Shown: positions 1 to 8,380 of the stretch, piece by piece
Layout: each line of letters begins with the position of its first letter
How positions within the stretch are numbered: the first letter of the stretch is position 1
IMG/VR virus record: IMGVR_UViG_3300046000_006159
Location: 1 to 43,270 of that record
Origin: a virus
Lineage: Duplodnaviria; Caudoviricetes
Length of the DNA stretch: 43,270 bases
Direction: 5' to 3' (one strand)
Position numbers and translations under genes: made by a program
Notes under the pieces: model-generated
Databases searched by the model: none
What the model saw: the letters and a program-made list of their open reading frames with translations, nothing else
Told to the model about the DNA's origin: nothing

Positions 1-449
1 ACAGCATGGGTGGAAGAAGCCCAAGCGCGTTGGGTGCGACCTGCCAAACTTGAACCGATGGACTCGCACGGGGTGGACGTGGCACGCGGTGGCCGCGATA
101 GCACGATCCTGGCACGCCGACATGGTATGTGGTTTGACGTGCCGCTAGTCTATCCAGGCACCGCGACACCGGACGGCCCTACCGTGGCGGGGTTGGTGAT
201 TGCGGCTAACCGCGACCAATCACCGATCCACATTGACGTGATCGGCGTGGGTGCATCGCCTTACGACTTTCTGAAAGACACCAACCAACAAGTGATCGGC
301 GTGAACGTTTCCGAAAAAGCCACCGGCTTGGATAAGTCGGGGCGCTTGCATTTCAAGAATCAACGCTCGGAACTTTGGTGGCGGATGCGCGAGGCGCTCG
401 ATCCCACCAACAACACCGGCATTGCTTTACCACCGGATCCTCGGCTACT
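1..449. repeat. Terminal redundancy, left copy (matches 42822-43270); circularly permuted phage genome or assembly overlap
   Basis: acagcatggg...ctcggctact occurs at 1-449 and 42822-43270. The copies are identical except for about 20 synonymous substitutions between ~114 and ~282. Confidence 0.97.
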
Positions 450-663
450 GGCTGACCTGTGCGCGCCCACCTGGTCATTGTCGGGATCAACGATCTATGT
501 TGCTAGTCGCGAAGAGATCATTGCCAAGATTGGCCGATCCCCCGACTACGGCAGCGCGTATTGCCTGGCCTTGATGGACACACCCAAGCGCGCCTTCCTA
601 CCTTACGGCGTATCGTCTAACGCACGCCGCAACATTCTCGACTACGATCCCTACGCGGGTTGA
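1..663 (+). CDS. terL: Terminase large subunit, C-terminal nuclease part (continues from 41952)
   Basis: In frame with the ORF starting at 41952 across the circular junction. RNase H-like motifs GVDVARGGRD, IDVIGVG and RSPDYG. Confidence 0.93.
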   Translation, partial: TAWVEEAQARWVRPAKLEPMDSHGVDVARGGRDSTILARRHGMWFDVPLVYPGTATPDGPTVAGLVIAANRDQSPIHIDVIGVGASPYDFLKDTNQQVIGVNVSEKATGLDKSGRLHFKNQRSELWWRMREALDPTNNTGIALPPDPRLLADLCAPTWSLSGSTIYVASREEIIAKIGRSPDYGSAYCLALMDTPKRAFLPYGVSSNARRNILDYDPYAG

Positions 664-694
664 TGCACTTACCGCCTCATGGTGCGCTTAGGCT
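661..694 (+). promoter_or_regulatory. Putative late promoter (TGATGCACTTA-N17-TAGGCT)
   Basis: One of four exact copies of the 11-mer, each at the same spacing from a TAnnnT hexamer. Confidence 0.75.
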
Positions 695-702
695 TTGGCA
701 CC

Positions 703-1158
703 ATGAGCGAGATCACTATCCAACCCTGCACCGTTACTGACATCGTCGAGGCTTCCACCTACGAAGCCTTGATCGCTGCCTATGCTGCCGAGTCCGCACT
801 GGACGAGATGCCCGCACCCGAACCCGACATTGCGATGTACCACGCGCTCGAAGCCAGTGGATCACTCAAGATCGTTGGGGCGTTTTGCCAAGGGCAATTG
901 GTCGGTTTTATTGCGTGCAATATGAACTACGCGCCGCAATACGCCGCAATCGTTGGTTTGACGATGGTGTTCTTTGTCGATCAAGCACACCGCACTTTTG
1001 GCACCGGCGCGCGCATGGTTGAAGCGATGAAGCACTTGGCCAAAGCGCACGGCGCAGTGGGCTTGATGATCGGCGCACCGGCTGAAAGTCGTTTGGCTAA
1101 AGCAGCACCGATCCTGGGCTTTAAAGAAACCAATCGCTTGTTTTTCAAGACGATCTGA
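703..1158 (+). CDS. GNAT-family acetyltransferase
   Basis: Acetyl-CoA-binding-like segment FFVDQAHRTFGTGARMV and a C-terminal LGF motif. ATG 703 preferred because it lies just downstream of the promoter motif. Confidence 0.75.
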   Translation: MSEITIQPCTVTDIVEASTYEALIAAYAAESALDEMPAPEPDIAMYHALEASGSLKIVGAFCQGQLVGFIACNMNYAPQYAAIVGLTMVFFVDQAHRTFGTGARMVEAMKHLAKAHGAVGLMIGAPAESRLAKAAPILGFKETNRLFFKTI

Positions 1159-1631
1159 TGAGCCTACGCGTACTCGATTCGATGGGCTTGCCAACGATGA
1201 GCCGCGAGGCTATCGACAAAGCGCACGCACTACACCGCGCGATGGAAGCACTACCGCAAGTGGACATCGAGATCACGCACAGTTTGCACGATGGCGTGTA
1301 CACCCGCACCGCGTTCGTACCGGCCGGGGTCATGGTAATGGGAGTGCTTATCAAGATCCCCACCACGTTGATCGTCAGCGGCCATGCCAAGGTGTTTATC
1401 GGGGATGACACGGTTGATGTGCAAGGGTATCGCGTGATCGCGGGCGCACCTGGCAGAAAGCAAGCGGCATTGGCCCTTGAAGATACGCACTTCACGATGT
1501 TGTTTGCTACTAGCGCCAGCACGATTGAAGAAGCGGAAAACGAATTTACCGACGAGGCCGAGCAATTAACGACTCGCCAAGAATTTAACAAACTGAATAC
1601 TGGAGTAAGCCCATGTCTGGAGTTGCAATAG
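1158..1631 (+). CDS. Conserved phage protein, cupin-like beta-barrel
   Basis: HSLHDGVYTRTAFVPAG...GRKQAALALEDT pattern; start overlaps the upstream stop (TGATG). Confidence 0.6.
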   Translation: MSLRVLDSMGLPTMSREAIDKAHALHRAMEALPQVDIEITHSLHDGVYTRTAFVPAGVMVMGVLIKIPTTLIVSGHAKVFIGDDTVDVQGYRVIAGAPGRKQAALALEDTHFTMLFATSASTIEEAENEFTDEAEQLTTRQEFNKLNTGVSPCLELQ

Positions 1632-1927
1632 GAGTCGCGGCCGCTGCCGCCGTTGCTGGTGTTGGTGTCAGTGCAATGCAAGGTGCAGATCAAGCCGACG
1701 CTGCCAAGAAATCAATGCAACAAGCGCAAGCCAACGCGGACAGAACCGCCGCGCAAGCCGATCAAGACTTTAACCGCGCCAACCAAAAGAAGCCGGATAC
1801 CTCGGCCATTTTGTCTGCCGCGCAACAAGCGGGCAAGGGCGGACAGTCCGGCACGATGTTGACCGGTGCGCAAGGTGTTGATCCAAGCGCGTTGACCTTG
1901 GGCAAAAGCACACTATTGGGTTCGTAA
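1613..1927 (+). CDS. Small Ala/Gln/Gly-rich putative virion protein
   Basis: Hydrophobic N-terminus and TMLTG...LGKSTLLG C-terminus, typical of the gene just before the portal in this phage group. Confidence 0.65.
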   Translation: MSGVAIGVAAAAAVAGVGVSAMQGADQADAAKKSMQQAQANADRTAAQADQDFNRANQKKPDTSAILSAAQQAGKGGQSGTMLTGAQGVDPSALTLGKSTLLGS

Positions 1928-3595
1928 ATGAAGCAGACGCCGCCAAGAGATAAGCTGCTCACTCGTTGGGGGCAGCTCAAAACCGAACGGGCTACCTGGT
2001 ACCCGCATTGGAAAGAACTGTCTGACTACTTGTTGCCGCGTTCTGGCCGGTATTTCATACAGGATCGCAACCGGGGCCAGCGCCGCCACAATTACATCTA
2101 TGACAACACCGGCACCCGTGCGCTGCGCGTATTGGCTGCGGGCTTAATGTCGGGCCTTACCAGTCCAGCACGTCCGTGGTTTCGCTTGGCTACGAATGAT
2201 CCGGCCATGATGGAATCCCAAGAGGTGAAGCAGTGGCTCAATGAAGTCACCAACATCATGTTGACCGTATTCCAAAAGTCCAACACTTACCGCGCGTTGC
2301 ACGCGATGTATGAAGAGCTTGGCACCTTTGGCACCGCGTCCTGTTTGGTGATGCCCGACTTTGATAACGTGATTCACCTGTTCCCGCTCACCATTGGCGA
2401 ATACGCTATTGCTACCAACTGGAAAGGCGAAGTCACCACGCTTTATCGCGAATTTCAAAAGACCGTTCACGAAGTAGTCGAAGAGTTCGGCATCGACAAG
2501 GTGTCGCCGTCCACACGTTCGATGTTTGAACGCGGATCACTGGATCAATGGATCACTATCATTCATGCGATAGAGCCGCGCGCCGATCGTGATCCGAACA
2601 AAAAAGACGATTTGAATATGCCTTGGCGTTCGGTCTACTTTGAAGTTGGATCAAACCCAAACACCTACCTGCGCGAGTCTGGCTTTAACCGATTCCCTGC
2701 TGTTTGTCCGCGCTGGGCAACTTCGGGTGGCGACATCTACGGCAACAGCCCAGGCATGGAAGCCTTAGGTGATATTAAGCAATTGCAACACGAACAATTG
2801 CGTAAAGCCCAAGGCATCGATTACAAAACCAACCCACCTTTGCAAGTGCCAACGTCCATGAAAAACCGTGACGTTGAACGCTTACCAGGTGGTGTGACTT
2901 ATGTTGACGTTGCTGGTGGAAGCCAGGGCGTTAAAACCGCGTTCGAAGTGAACCTCGACCTGTCCCACCTGCTCGCTGATATTCAAGACGTACGGCACCG
3001 CATAGAGGGATCTTTCTATGCGGATCTTTTTCTGATGTTGGCTAATCAGTCCGATGCCAGAATGACCGCGACCGAAGTGGCAGAACGACACGAAGAAAAG
3101 CTATTGATGCTCGGCCCTGTGCTGGAACGATTACAAAACGAGCTACTGGATCCGTTGATCGAGATTACCTTCGATCAAATCATGGCGGCCGGTATCGTGC
3201 CACCTCCACCCGAAGCGATGCAAGGCCACGACATCAACGTCGAGTTGGTCAGTATGTTGGCCCAAGCGCAAAAAGCCGTTGGCACTAACAGTATTGACCG
3301 CTTTATTGGCACGATCGGCTCGGTGGCGCAGTTCAAGCCGGAAGTGTTGGACAAGATCGACGGCGACAAACTGACTGACATATATTCCGATTCGCTGGGC
3401 GTTGATCCTCGGATCTTGCTAGGGGATGACAAAGTAGCGGCCTTGCGCCAGCAACGCGCCCAAGCCCAGCAACAAGCAACTCAAGCGGCCATGATGAATC
3501 AAGGTGCGGATACCGCACAGAAACTAGCCAGCGCAAAAACCACAGATCCCAGCCTTTTAACCGATGCAACCGCCGCGTTTAGCGGCTACACCTAA
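1928..3595 (+). CDS. Portal (head-tail connector) protein
   Basis: 555 aa; motifs GLTSPARPWF, YGNSPGMEALGD and MTATEVAERHEEKLLMLGPVLERL of T7/BPP-1-type portals. Confidence 0.95.
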   Translation: MKQTPPRDKLLTRWGQLKTERATWYPHWKELSDYLLPRSGRYFIQDRNRGQRRHNYIYDNTGTRALRVLAAGLMSGLTSPARPWFRLATNDPAMMESQEVKQWLNEVTNIMLTVFQKSNTYRALHAMYEELGTFGTASCLVMPDFDNVIHLFPLTIGEYAIATNWKGEVTTLYREFQKTVHEVVEEFGIDKVSPSTRSMFERGSLDQWITIIHAIEPRADRDPNKKDDLNMPWRSVYFEVGSNPNTYLRESGFNRFPAVCPRWATSGGDIYGNSPGMEALGDIKQLQHEQLRKAQGIDYKTNPPLQVPTSMKNRDVERLPGGVTYVDVAGGSQGVKTAFEVNLDLSHLLADIQDVRHRIEGSFYADLFLMLANQSDARMTATEVAERHEEKLLMLGPVLERLQNELLDPLIEITFDQIMAAGIVPPPPEAMQGHDINVELVSMLAQAQKAVGTNSIDRFIGTIGSVAQFKPEVLDKIDGDKLTDIYSDSLGVDPRILLGDDKVAALRQQRAQAQQQATQAAMMNQGADTAQKLASAKTTDPSLLTDATAAFSGYT

Positions 3596-3607
3596 GGAGT
3601 TTTAATC

Positions 3608-3901
3608 ATGCCCAACTTGCTATTTGGTAAACAAAACTATACGAAAGAAATTACCCAACAAGGAGAACTGACCGGCGAAGCCGTCACCACCAGCGACTCA
3701 ACAGACTTACCTAACGGCCCTTGTTTTGCGATTAACGTCACGAGTGCGGGAAATGTCAACGTCAACTTGGCGGGCGGAGGCACAGCGGTGTTGACTGGGT
3801 TATCCGCTGGACAAACTGTGCGGATCAACGCATCAAGAATCTTGACAACCAGCACTACTGCGACAGGCATCAACGCACTGTACTTAGCGTGCGACTTGTA
3901 A
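3608..3901 (+). CDS. Putative head spike base / decoration protein, paralog 1
   Basis: AVTTSDSTDLPNG...RILTTSTTA pattern resembling the RcGTA Rcc01079 spike-base family; SD AAGGAG. Confidence 0.55.
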   Translation: MPNLLFGKQNYTKEITQQGELTGEAVTTSDSTDLPNGPCFAINVTSAGNVNVNLAGGGTAVLTGLSAGQTVRINASRILTTSTTATGINALYLACDL

Positions 3902-3913
3902 GGAGGTAAAGCC

Positions 3914-4195
3914 ATGCAATCGACACCCCCCCCGTTTATTCAAGACCTCAACTGGTACACCCCGATCAGGGACATCCAGGTGGTAACACCGAGTGATGCC
4001 TCCGACTTGCCAAACGGGGTTTGCCGCGCGTTAATTTTTAACGGCACTGGCAACCTCAGGTTTATTACACCGGGCGACACCACTGTCACGTTGGCAATCA
4101 GCGCCAACTGGTTTGGCGTGCAGTACATCATGGCCAAGAAGGTGTTGGCGACAGGTACGACGATGGCCGCCAATACTATTTATGCGTGCTACTAG
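3914..4195 (+). CDS. Putative head spike base / decoration protein, paralog 2
   Basis: VVTPSDASDLPNGVCRAL...KVLATGTT; visibly homologous to 3608-3901; SD AGGAGG. Confidence 0.6.
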   Translation: MQSTPPPFIQDLNWYTPIRDIQVVTPSDASDLPNGVCRALIFNGTGNLRFITPGDTTVTLAISANWFGVQYIMAKKVLATGTTMAANTIYACY

Positions 4196-4204
4196 GGGAT
4201 CAAA

Positions 4205-4684
4205 ATGACCACATACTTAAAGCAAGGAACAGAAGCCCTTCATAGCATCACAACGGGAGCGTTGGTAGGGATGATGGGGGCTGATGGTAAAGAATATCTG
4301 CTGCCAGTAGGGCAGACTACGGTTTACAACCCCGCATCGGTTGCTGTTACCGGTGGCACGGTAAACGGCGCAACTATTGGGCAGACCACCCCAGCCGCGG
4401 TAAAAACGTCAAACTTTGCCGCGACCTACACCGATTCATCGGCAACACCGGGAAACGCGACTAACAACTCGCCCCGTGGTAGGGCAGCGTTTGCCGCAAC
4501 GGGATCATCGGTGGTAATCACCAATTCACTAGTCACCGCAACATCAACAATCTTGGTGTCGCTTGGAGGAACAGACGCGACGTTGACTTCCATTCGCGTT
4601 ACTGCCGCCGCTGGATCTTTTACCGTGACAGGCAACGCGGCCGCCACCGCCATTACCAAATTTGATTTCCTCGTGGTGAACTAA
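4205..4684 (+). CDS. Thr/Ala/Gly-rich beta protein, putative head fibre
   Basis: Composition, a VAVTGGTVNGATIGQTTPAA fibre-like repeat, and position next to the spike-base genes. Confidence 0.5.
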   Translation: MTTYLKQGTEALHSITTGALVGMMGADGKEYLLPVGQTTVYNPASVAVTGGTVNGATIGQTTPAAVKTSNFAATYTDSSATPGNATNNSPRGRAAFAATGSSVVITNSLVTATSTILVSLGGTDATLTSIRVTAAAGSFTVTGNAAATAITKFDFLVVN

Positions 4685-4685
4685 C

Positions 4686-4988
4686 ATGGCTTTAGTCAGC
4701 ATGAAAAAAGAACCCGACAACGAGCCGATGGAAGCGGGATTGACCGAAGACTACGGTTACGGGCTTTGCCTTAGTTTGGATGAGGATCAATGCAACGCCT
4801 TGGGAATCACCACGCTACCGGAACCAGGCCAAACGGTGATGATCCGCGCTAAATGTACCGTGGTTCGCACCATGATCGAGAACGATGGTGAAGGCCCAGA
4901 AAACCACATGACCTTACAAGTGACGGACATGGAGCTGGGCGCAGTGGAAGGCAACGCTGATAAAGCGTCGATGCTTTACGCCGACTGA
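4686..4988 (+). CDS. Capsid staple/cement-like protein (epsilon15 gp10-like)
   Basis: MALVSMK...YGYGLCLSL...LGI..LPEPG...LQVTDMEL pattern. Confidence 0.6.
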   Translation: MALVSMKKEPDNEPMEAGLTEDYGYGLCLSLDEDQCNALGITTLPEPGQTVMIRAKCTVVRTMIENDGEGPENHMTLQVTDMELGAVEGNADKASMLYAD

Positions 4989-5019
4989 TGCACTTACCGC
5001 ACACAATGCAGATTAGATT
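4986..5019 (+). promoter_or_regulatory. Putative late promoter (TGATGCACTTA-N17-TAGATT), likely leaderless transcript
   Basis: Exact motif copy; the ATG at 5026 is 7 nt after the hexamer and has no SD. Confidence 0.75.
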
Positions 5020-5025
5020 GAAACC

Positions 5026-5334
5026 ATGACACAACGAGATCAGATAGACCCTTTTGCAGTAGAAGACGCGCAGCACGCACTCGCAGAACGCGCGAAATTT
5101 GAAGGTGAAATGGAAATAGCGGATCTCAAGTGGCTAATGAGTAACAAGCGGGGGCGTCGATTCGTTCACCGCTTGCTCGAACGCGCAGGGGTTTGGCGGC
5201 TCTCTTTCAACACCAACGCATTGTCGATGGCCTTTAACGAAGGCACGCGCAATGAAGGGTTGAGATTGTTGGCCCAATTGACTGAACACTGCCTGGATCG
5301 CTACAGCGAAATGCTTAAGGAACAAAAAGAATGA
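5026..5334 (+). CDS. Conserved phage protein (Bbp19-like)
   Basis: DLKWLMSNKRGRRFV..LL..AGV...SF......MAFNEG.RN.GL; located directly before the scaffold gene. Confidence 0.75.
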   Translation: MTQRDQIDPFAVEDAQHALAERAKFEGEMEIADLKWLMSNKRGRRFVHRLLERAGVWRLSFNTNALSMAFNEGTRNEGLRLLAQLTEHCLDRYSEMLKEQKE

Positions 5335-5981
5335 CGACTGAAACGCTAGTGACTGACGGCCAAACTACAAACACCGCCGACGGACAAACGACTGCTGACA
5401 CCGCAACCGATACCACCACGGCATCGACCGAAGGCCAGCAAACACAGGCGCAAGATGCGGACACAACAACGACCGAAGGTGAGAAAACCACCGAAGGCGA
5501 CGAAGGCAAAGCCGAAGAAAAACAAGGCGCACCTGAACAGTACGAATTCAAAGCCCCCGAAGGTGAAGCGTTTGATAACGCGGTCATTGAGGCTTATTCG
5601 GAAGTCGCTAAGGAGTTGAACCTGTCCAATGACGATGCCCAAAAGCTGCTCGATAAGGTGGCCCCTGTTATTCAGGCCCGCCAATTAGAGCGCATCGAAG
5701 CGGTCAAGACCGAGTGGGAAACCGCTTCCAAGTCCGATAAAGAATTCGGTGGCGATAAGCTCAACGATTCTTTAGGCACCGCAAAAAAGGCACTTGATGC
5801 CTTCGGCACGCCAGAGCTAAAAGCCCTGTTAAACGAGTCCGGCTTGGGCAATAACCCGGAAGTTATCCGGTTTATGGTTCGCGCAGGAAAAGCAATTAGT
5901 GAGGACAAATTTGTTGGTGGTCGCCCTGCGACACCTAGCGGAAACCTTGCAGACAAACTGTATTCAAACCAAAAATCATAG
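5331..5981 (+). CDS. Capsid scaffolding/assembly protein
   Basis: Acidic Thr-rich N-terminus, APEQYEF and GLGNNPEVIRFMVRAGKAISED; precedes the major capsid gene. Confidence 0.8.
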   Translation: MTTETLVTDGQTTNTADGQTTADTATDTTTASTEGQQTQAQDADTTTTEGEKTTEGDEGKAEEKQGAPEQYEFKAPEGEAFDNAVIEAYSEVAKELNLSNDDAQKLLDKVAPVIQARQLERIEAVKTEWETASKSDKEFGGDKLNDSLGTAKKALDAFGTPELKALLNESGLGNNPEVIRFMVRAGKAISEDKFVGGRPATPSGNLADKLYSNQKS

Positions 5982-5991
5982 GAGCTAAACA

Positions 5992-6996
5992 ATGGCGACT
6001 CTATCATCCGGCGCGTTGACCCTTGCAGATTGGGCAAAGCGTCTTGATCCAGACGGCAAGGTGCCAATCGTGGCCGAGCTGTTATCACAGTCAAACGAAA
6101 TTTTGGAAGACGCGGTATTCTCAGAAGGCAACTTGCCAACTGGCCACCGTGTTGTGATCCGTACCGGTTTGCCAACCGCTTACTGGCGTTCGATCAACCA
6201 AGGTATCCCAACCAGCAAATCAACTACCGTCCAAGTGGATGAGGCGGTGGGTATGCTTGAAGCCTACGCGCGGGTGGATAAAGACTTGGCAGAATTGAAC
6301 GGCAATACCGCTGCGTTCCGTTTGAGCGAAGACACTGCGTTCTTGGAAGCAATGAACCAAGCACAAGCGTCAACCATGCTTTATGGCAATCCTTCAACAG
6401 ATCCTCGTCAATACTTGGGCTTGGCTGCACGGTATGGTGCGATCTCAGGCGCGGGTAACGCGGCCAACATCATCGACGCTGGCGGTACAGCATCAAACAA
6501 CACTTCGATCTATTTAGTTGTGTGGGGTGAAAACACGGTTTTCTGTACATTCCCTAAAGGCTCGAAAGCTGGTTTGATCCACGAAGATCAAGGCATCTTG
6601 ACCGTGTACGACGGCAACAACAACCCGTTCCAAGCGTACCAAACCCATTACCAATGGAAAAATGGCTTGGTCGTAAAAGACTGGCGCTATGTGGTGCGTA
6701 TCGCAAACATCAACACCGCCAACTTGGTGGCTGAATCTTCGGCTGCTGACTTGGTTAAATTGATGAGCCGCGCATTGGATCGTATCCCTAACTTTGGTAT
6801 GGGCCGCGCCGCGTTCTATATGAACCGTACTGTGTACTCAATGTTGCGTATTCAAGCCTTGAACAAATCGCAAAACGCGATTGATGTTCAACAAGGTTTG
6901 AACCAATTCGGCACACCACAATCATGGACACAGTTCGAAGGTGTCCCGTTGCGTCGTGTGGATCAGATTTTGAACACCGAAGCGCGCGTCGTTTAA
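5992..6996 (+). CDS. Major capsid protein (BPP-1/epsilon15-like)
   Basis: 334 aa; LTLADWAKR, RTGLP and VKDWRYVVRIANI motifs; SD AGGAG. Confidence 0.93.
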   Translation: MATLSSGALTLADWAKRLDPDGKVPIVAELLSQSNEILEDAVFSEGNLPTGHRVVIRTGLPTAYWRSINQGIPTSKSTTVQVDEAVGMLEAYARVDKDLAELNGNTAAFRLSEDTAFLEAMNQAQASTMLYGNPSTDPRQYLGLAARYGAISGAGNAANIIDAGGTASNNTSIYLVVWGENTVFCTFPKGSKAGLIHEDQGILTVYDGNNNPFQAYQTHYQWKNGLVVKDWRYVVRIANINTANLVAESSAADLVKLMSRALDRIPNFGMGRAAFYMNRTVYSMLRIQALNKSQNAIDVQQGLNQFGTPQSWTQFEGVPLRRVDQILNTEARVV

Positions 6997-7009
6997 TAGG
7001 AGAGCCAAA

Positions 7010-7477
7010 ATGTTTGTAGATAATAATTTACTTGTTTCTGGTTCGGTGTCTGCGGCTAACGTTATCACCGGCCAAACAGTAACCGGCACCGGCAACGTCT
7101 GGTCAACCAACGCCATTGACCTCTCGCAAAATAGAGATATTGGTGAAGGTTTGGACGTATTCGCGCGCATCCAGGCTACCGTTGCACAAGCAGGTGCAAC
7201 TTCGGTCGAGGTGCAAGCAATCACCGCTGACGACGCGGGTTTAACAACCAACGTCACCGTGTTGGCAACCACCGGAGCATTGGCTATCGCTAAATGGTCG
7301 GCAGGTGCGCGACAAGCGATCAAATTGTCTGGCGTATTGAACAGCAAAGGCCAGAGATATTTGGGCATTCGCTATGTGATCGTGGGAACCTCGTCCGCTG
7401 GCGCATTTGTTGCAGACTTTGGTATCGGCGCTCAAGGCGGCGGCGCGTTCTATCCATCCGGTTTCACCGTTCTTTAA
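7010..7477 (+). CDS. Capsid cement protein (Bbp16-like)
   Basis: STNAIDLSQNRDIGEG...RYLGIRYVIVG...YPSGF; follows the major capsid gene. Confidence 0.75.
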   Translation: MFVDNNLLVSGSVSAANVITGQTVTGTGNVWSTNAIDLSQNRDIGEGLDVFARIQATVAQAGATSVEVQAITADDAGLTTNVTVLATTGALAIAKWSAGARQAIKLSGVLNSKGQRYLGIRYVIVGTSSAGAFVADFGIGAQGGGAFYPSGFTVL

Positions 7478-7487
7478 GGGGTAGAAC

Positions 7488-7655
7488 ATGGCGCAATATA
7501 GAGTCTTGGAAAAATCATTCATCAACAACGCGTTGGTTGAAGAAGGCGCAACCGTCGAATATGACGGTGAAGTCGCAAGCAACCTGGAGTTGATCGAAGA
7601 ACCAAAAGCCACCAAAGGCAAAGCGGCCTCACAAACTGCTGACAGCTTGGTGTAA
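7488..7655 (+). CDS. Small hypothetical virion-region protein, 55 aa (MAQYRVLEKSFINNALVEEG...), not in ORF track
   Basis: Read directly: ATG 7488, TAA 7653-7655, purine-rich SD, followed by a terminator. Confidence 0.75.
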   Translation: MAQYRVLEKSFINNALVEEGATVEYDGEVASNLELIEEPKATKGKAASQTADSLV

Positions 7656-7680
7656 GACCTCACGGTCAATGCAATAAAAG

Positions 7681-7703
7681 ACAGGGGCTAAGGCCCCTGT
7701 TTT
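7681..7703 (+). terminator. Intrinsic terminator after the capsid genes
   Basis: ACAGGGGC-TAAG-GCCCCTGT followed by TTT. Confidence 0.8.
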
Positions 7704-7724
7704 CACATAAGGGGTAATGAATTT

Positions 7725-8378
7725 ATGGCAACCGAAGTTGATATTTGCAATCTTGCCCTGGCACACCTGGGCGACACGGCCACCGTGGCTAGTTTAGATC
7801 CCCCCGAAGGATCAGCCCAAGCCGAACACTGCGCGCGCTTTTATCCAATTGCACGCGACGGATTATTGGAGATGTACGCATGGGGCTTTGCGACCAAGCG
7901 CGTGCAACTTGCTCTACTCTCGAATGGCTGGCCGGAGTGGGATTATGCCTACGCGCAGCCGTCCGATGCGGTCAGCGTCATTGCGGTACTGCCGCCATCC
8001 GCTACTGACGATTACAGTCAAGCCTTGGTGAATGTTCCCGTGGTATCAGCGGGTGGATCGTATGTACCACAACCGTTTTCATGCGAGATCAACAACGACG
8101 GCACGCCGGTCATTTTGACCGATCAGGAGGATGCCGTGCTGCGTTACGCCGCGCTGGTGTCCGACACCGGCAACTTCTCGCCGCTCTTTATCACGACATT
8201 GAGTTGGTACCTTGCATCGATGTTGGCAGGCCCTTTGATTAAGGGCGACGCGGGCGCGGCCGAGGCCAAACGCTGCTTGGCAATGGTGCAAAACTTCCTA
8301 TCGCAAGCGATGGAATCTGACGCAAGCCAACGCCGTGTTGACATAGCGCAAAAAGTCGGCTGGATCCAAGGCAGATAA
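7725..8378 (+). CDS. Tail adaptor / tail tubular protein A-like
   Basis: VDICNLALAHLG, WGFATKR and WDYAYAQPSD motifs; synteny. Confidence 0.8.
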   Translation: MATEVDICNLALAHLGDTATVASLDPPEGSAQAEHCARFYPIARDGLLEMYAWGFATKRVQLALLSNGWPEWDYAYAQPSDAVSVIAVLPPSATDDYSQALVNVPVVSAGGSYVPQPFSCEINNDGTPVILTDQEDAVLRYAALVSDTGNFSPLFITTLSWYLASMLAGPLIKGDAGAAEAKRCLAMVQNFLSQAMESDASQRRVDIAQKVGWIQGR

Positions 8379-8380
8379 CT

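Noticed and set aside
1-449. Fixed direct terminal repeats of the virion DNA
   Set aside because: The repeat falls mid-terL and the copies differ internally, which fits an assembly overlap of a circular or permuted genome better.
661-671. Stop-codon readthrough or recoding signal at TGA-TGCACTTA
   Set aside because: The fixed 17-nt spacing to a -10-like hexamer, and a fifth copy lacking TGA, fit a promoter better. The tRNA anticodon UGA reads UCA serine codons and is not a suppressor.
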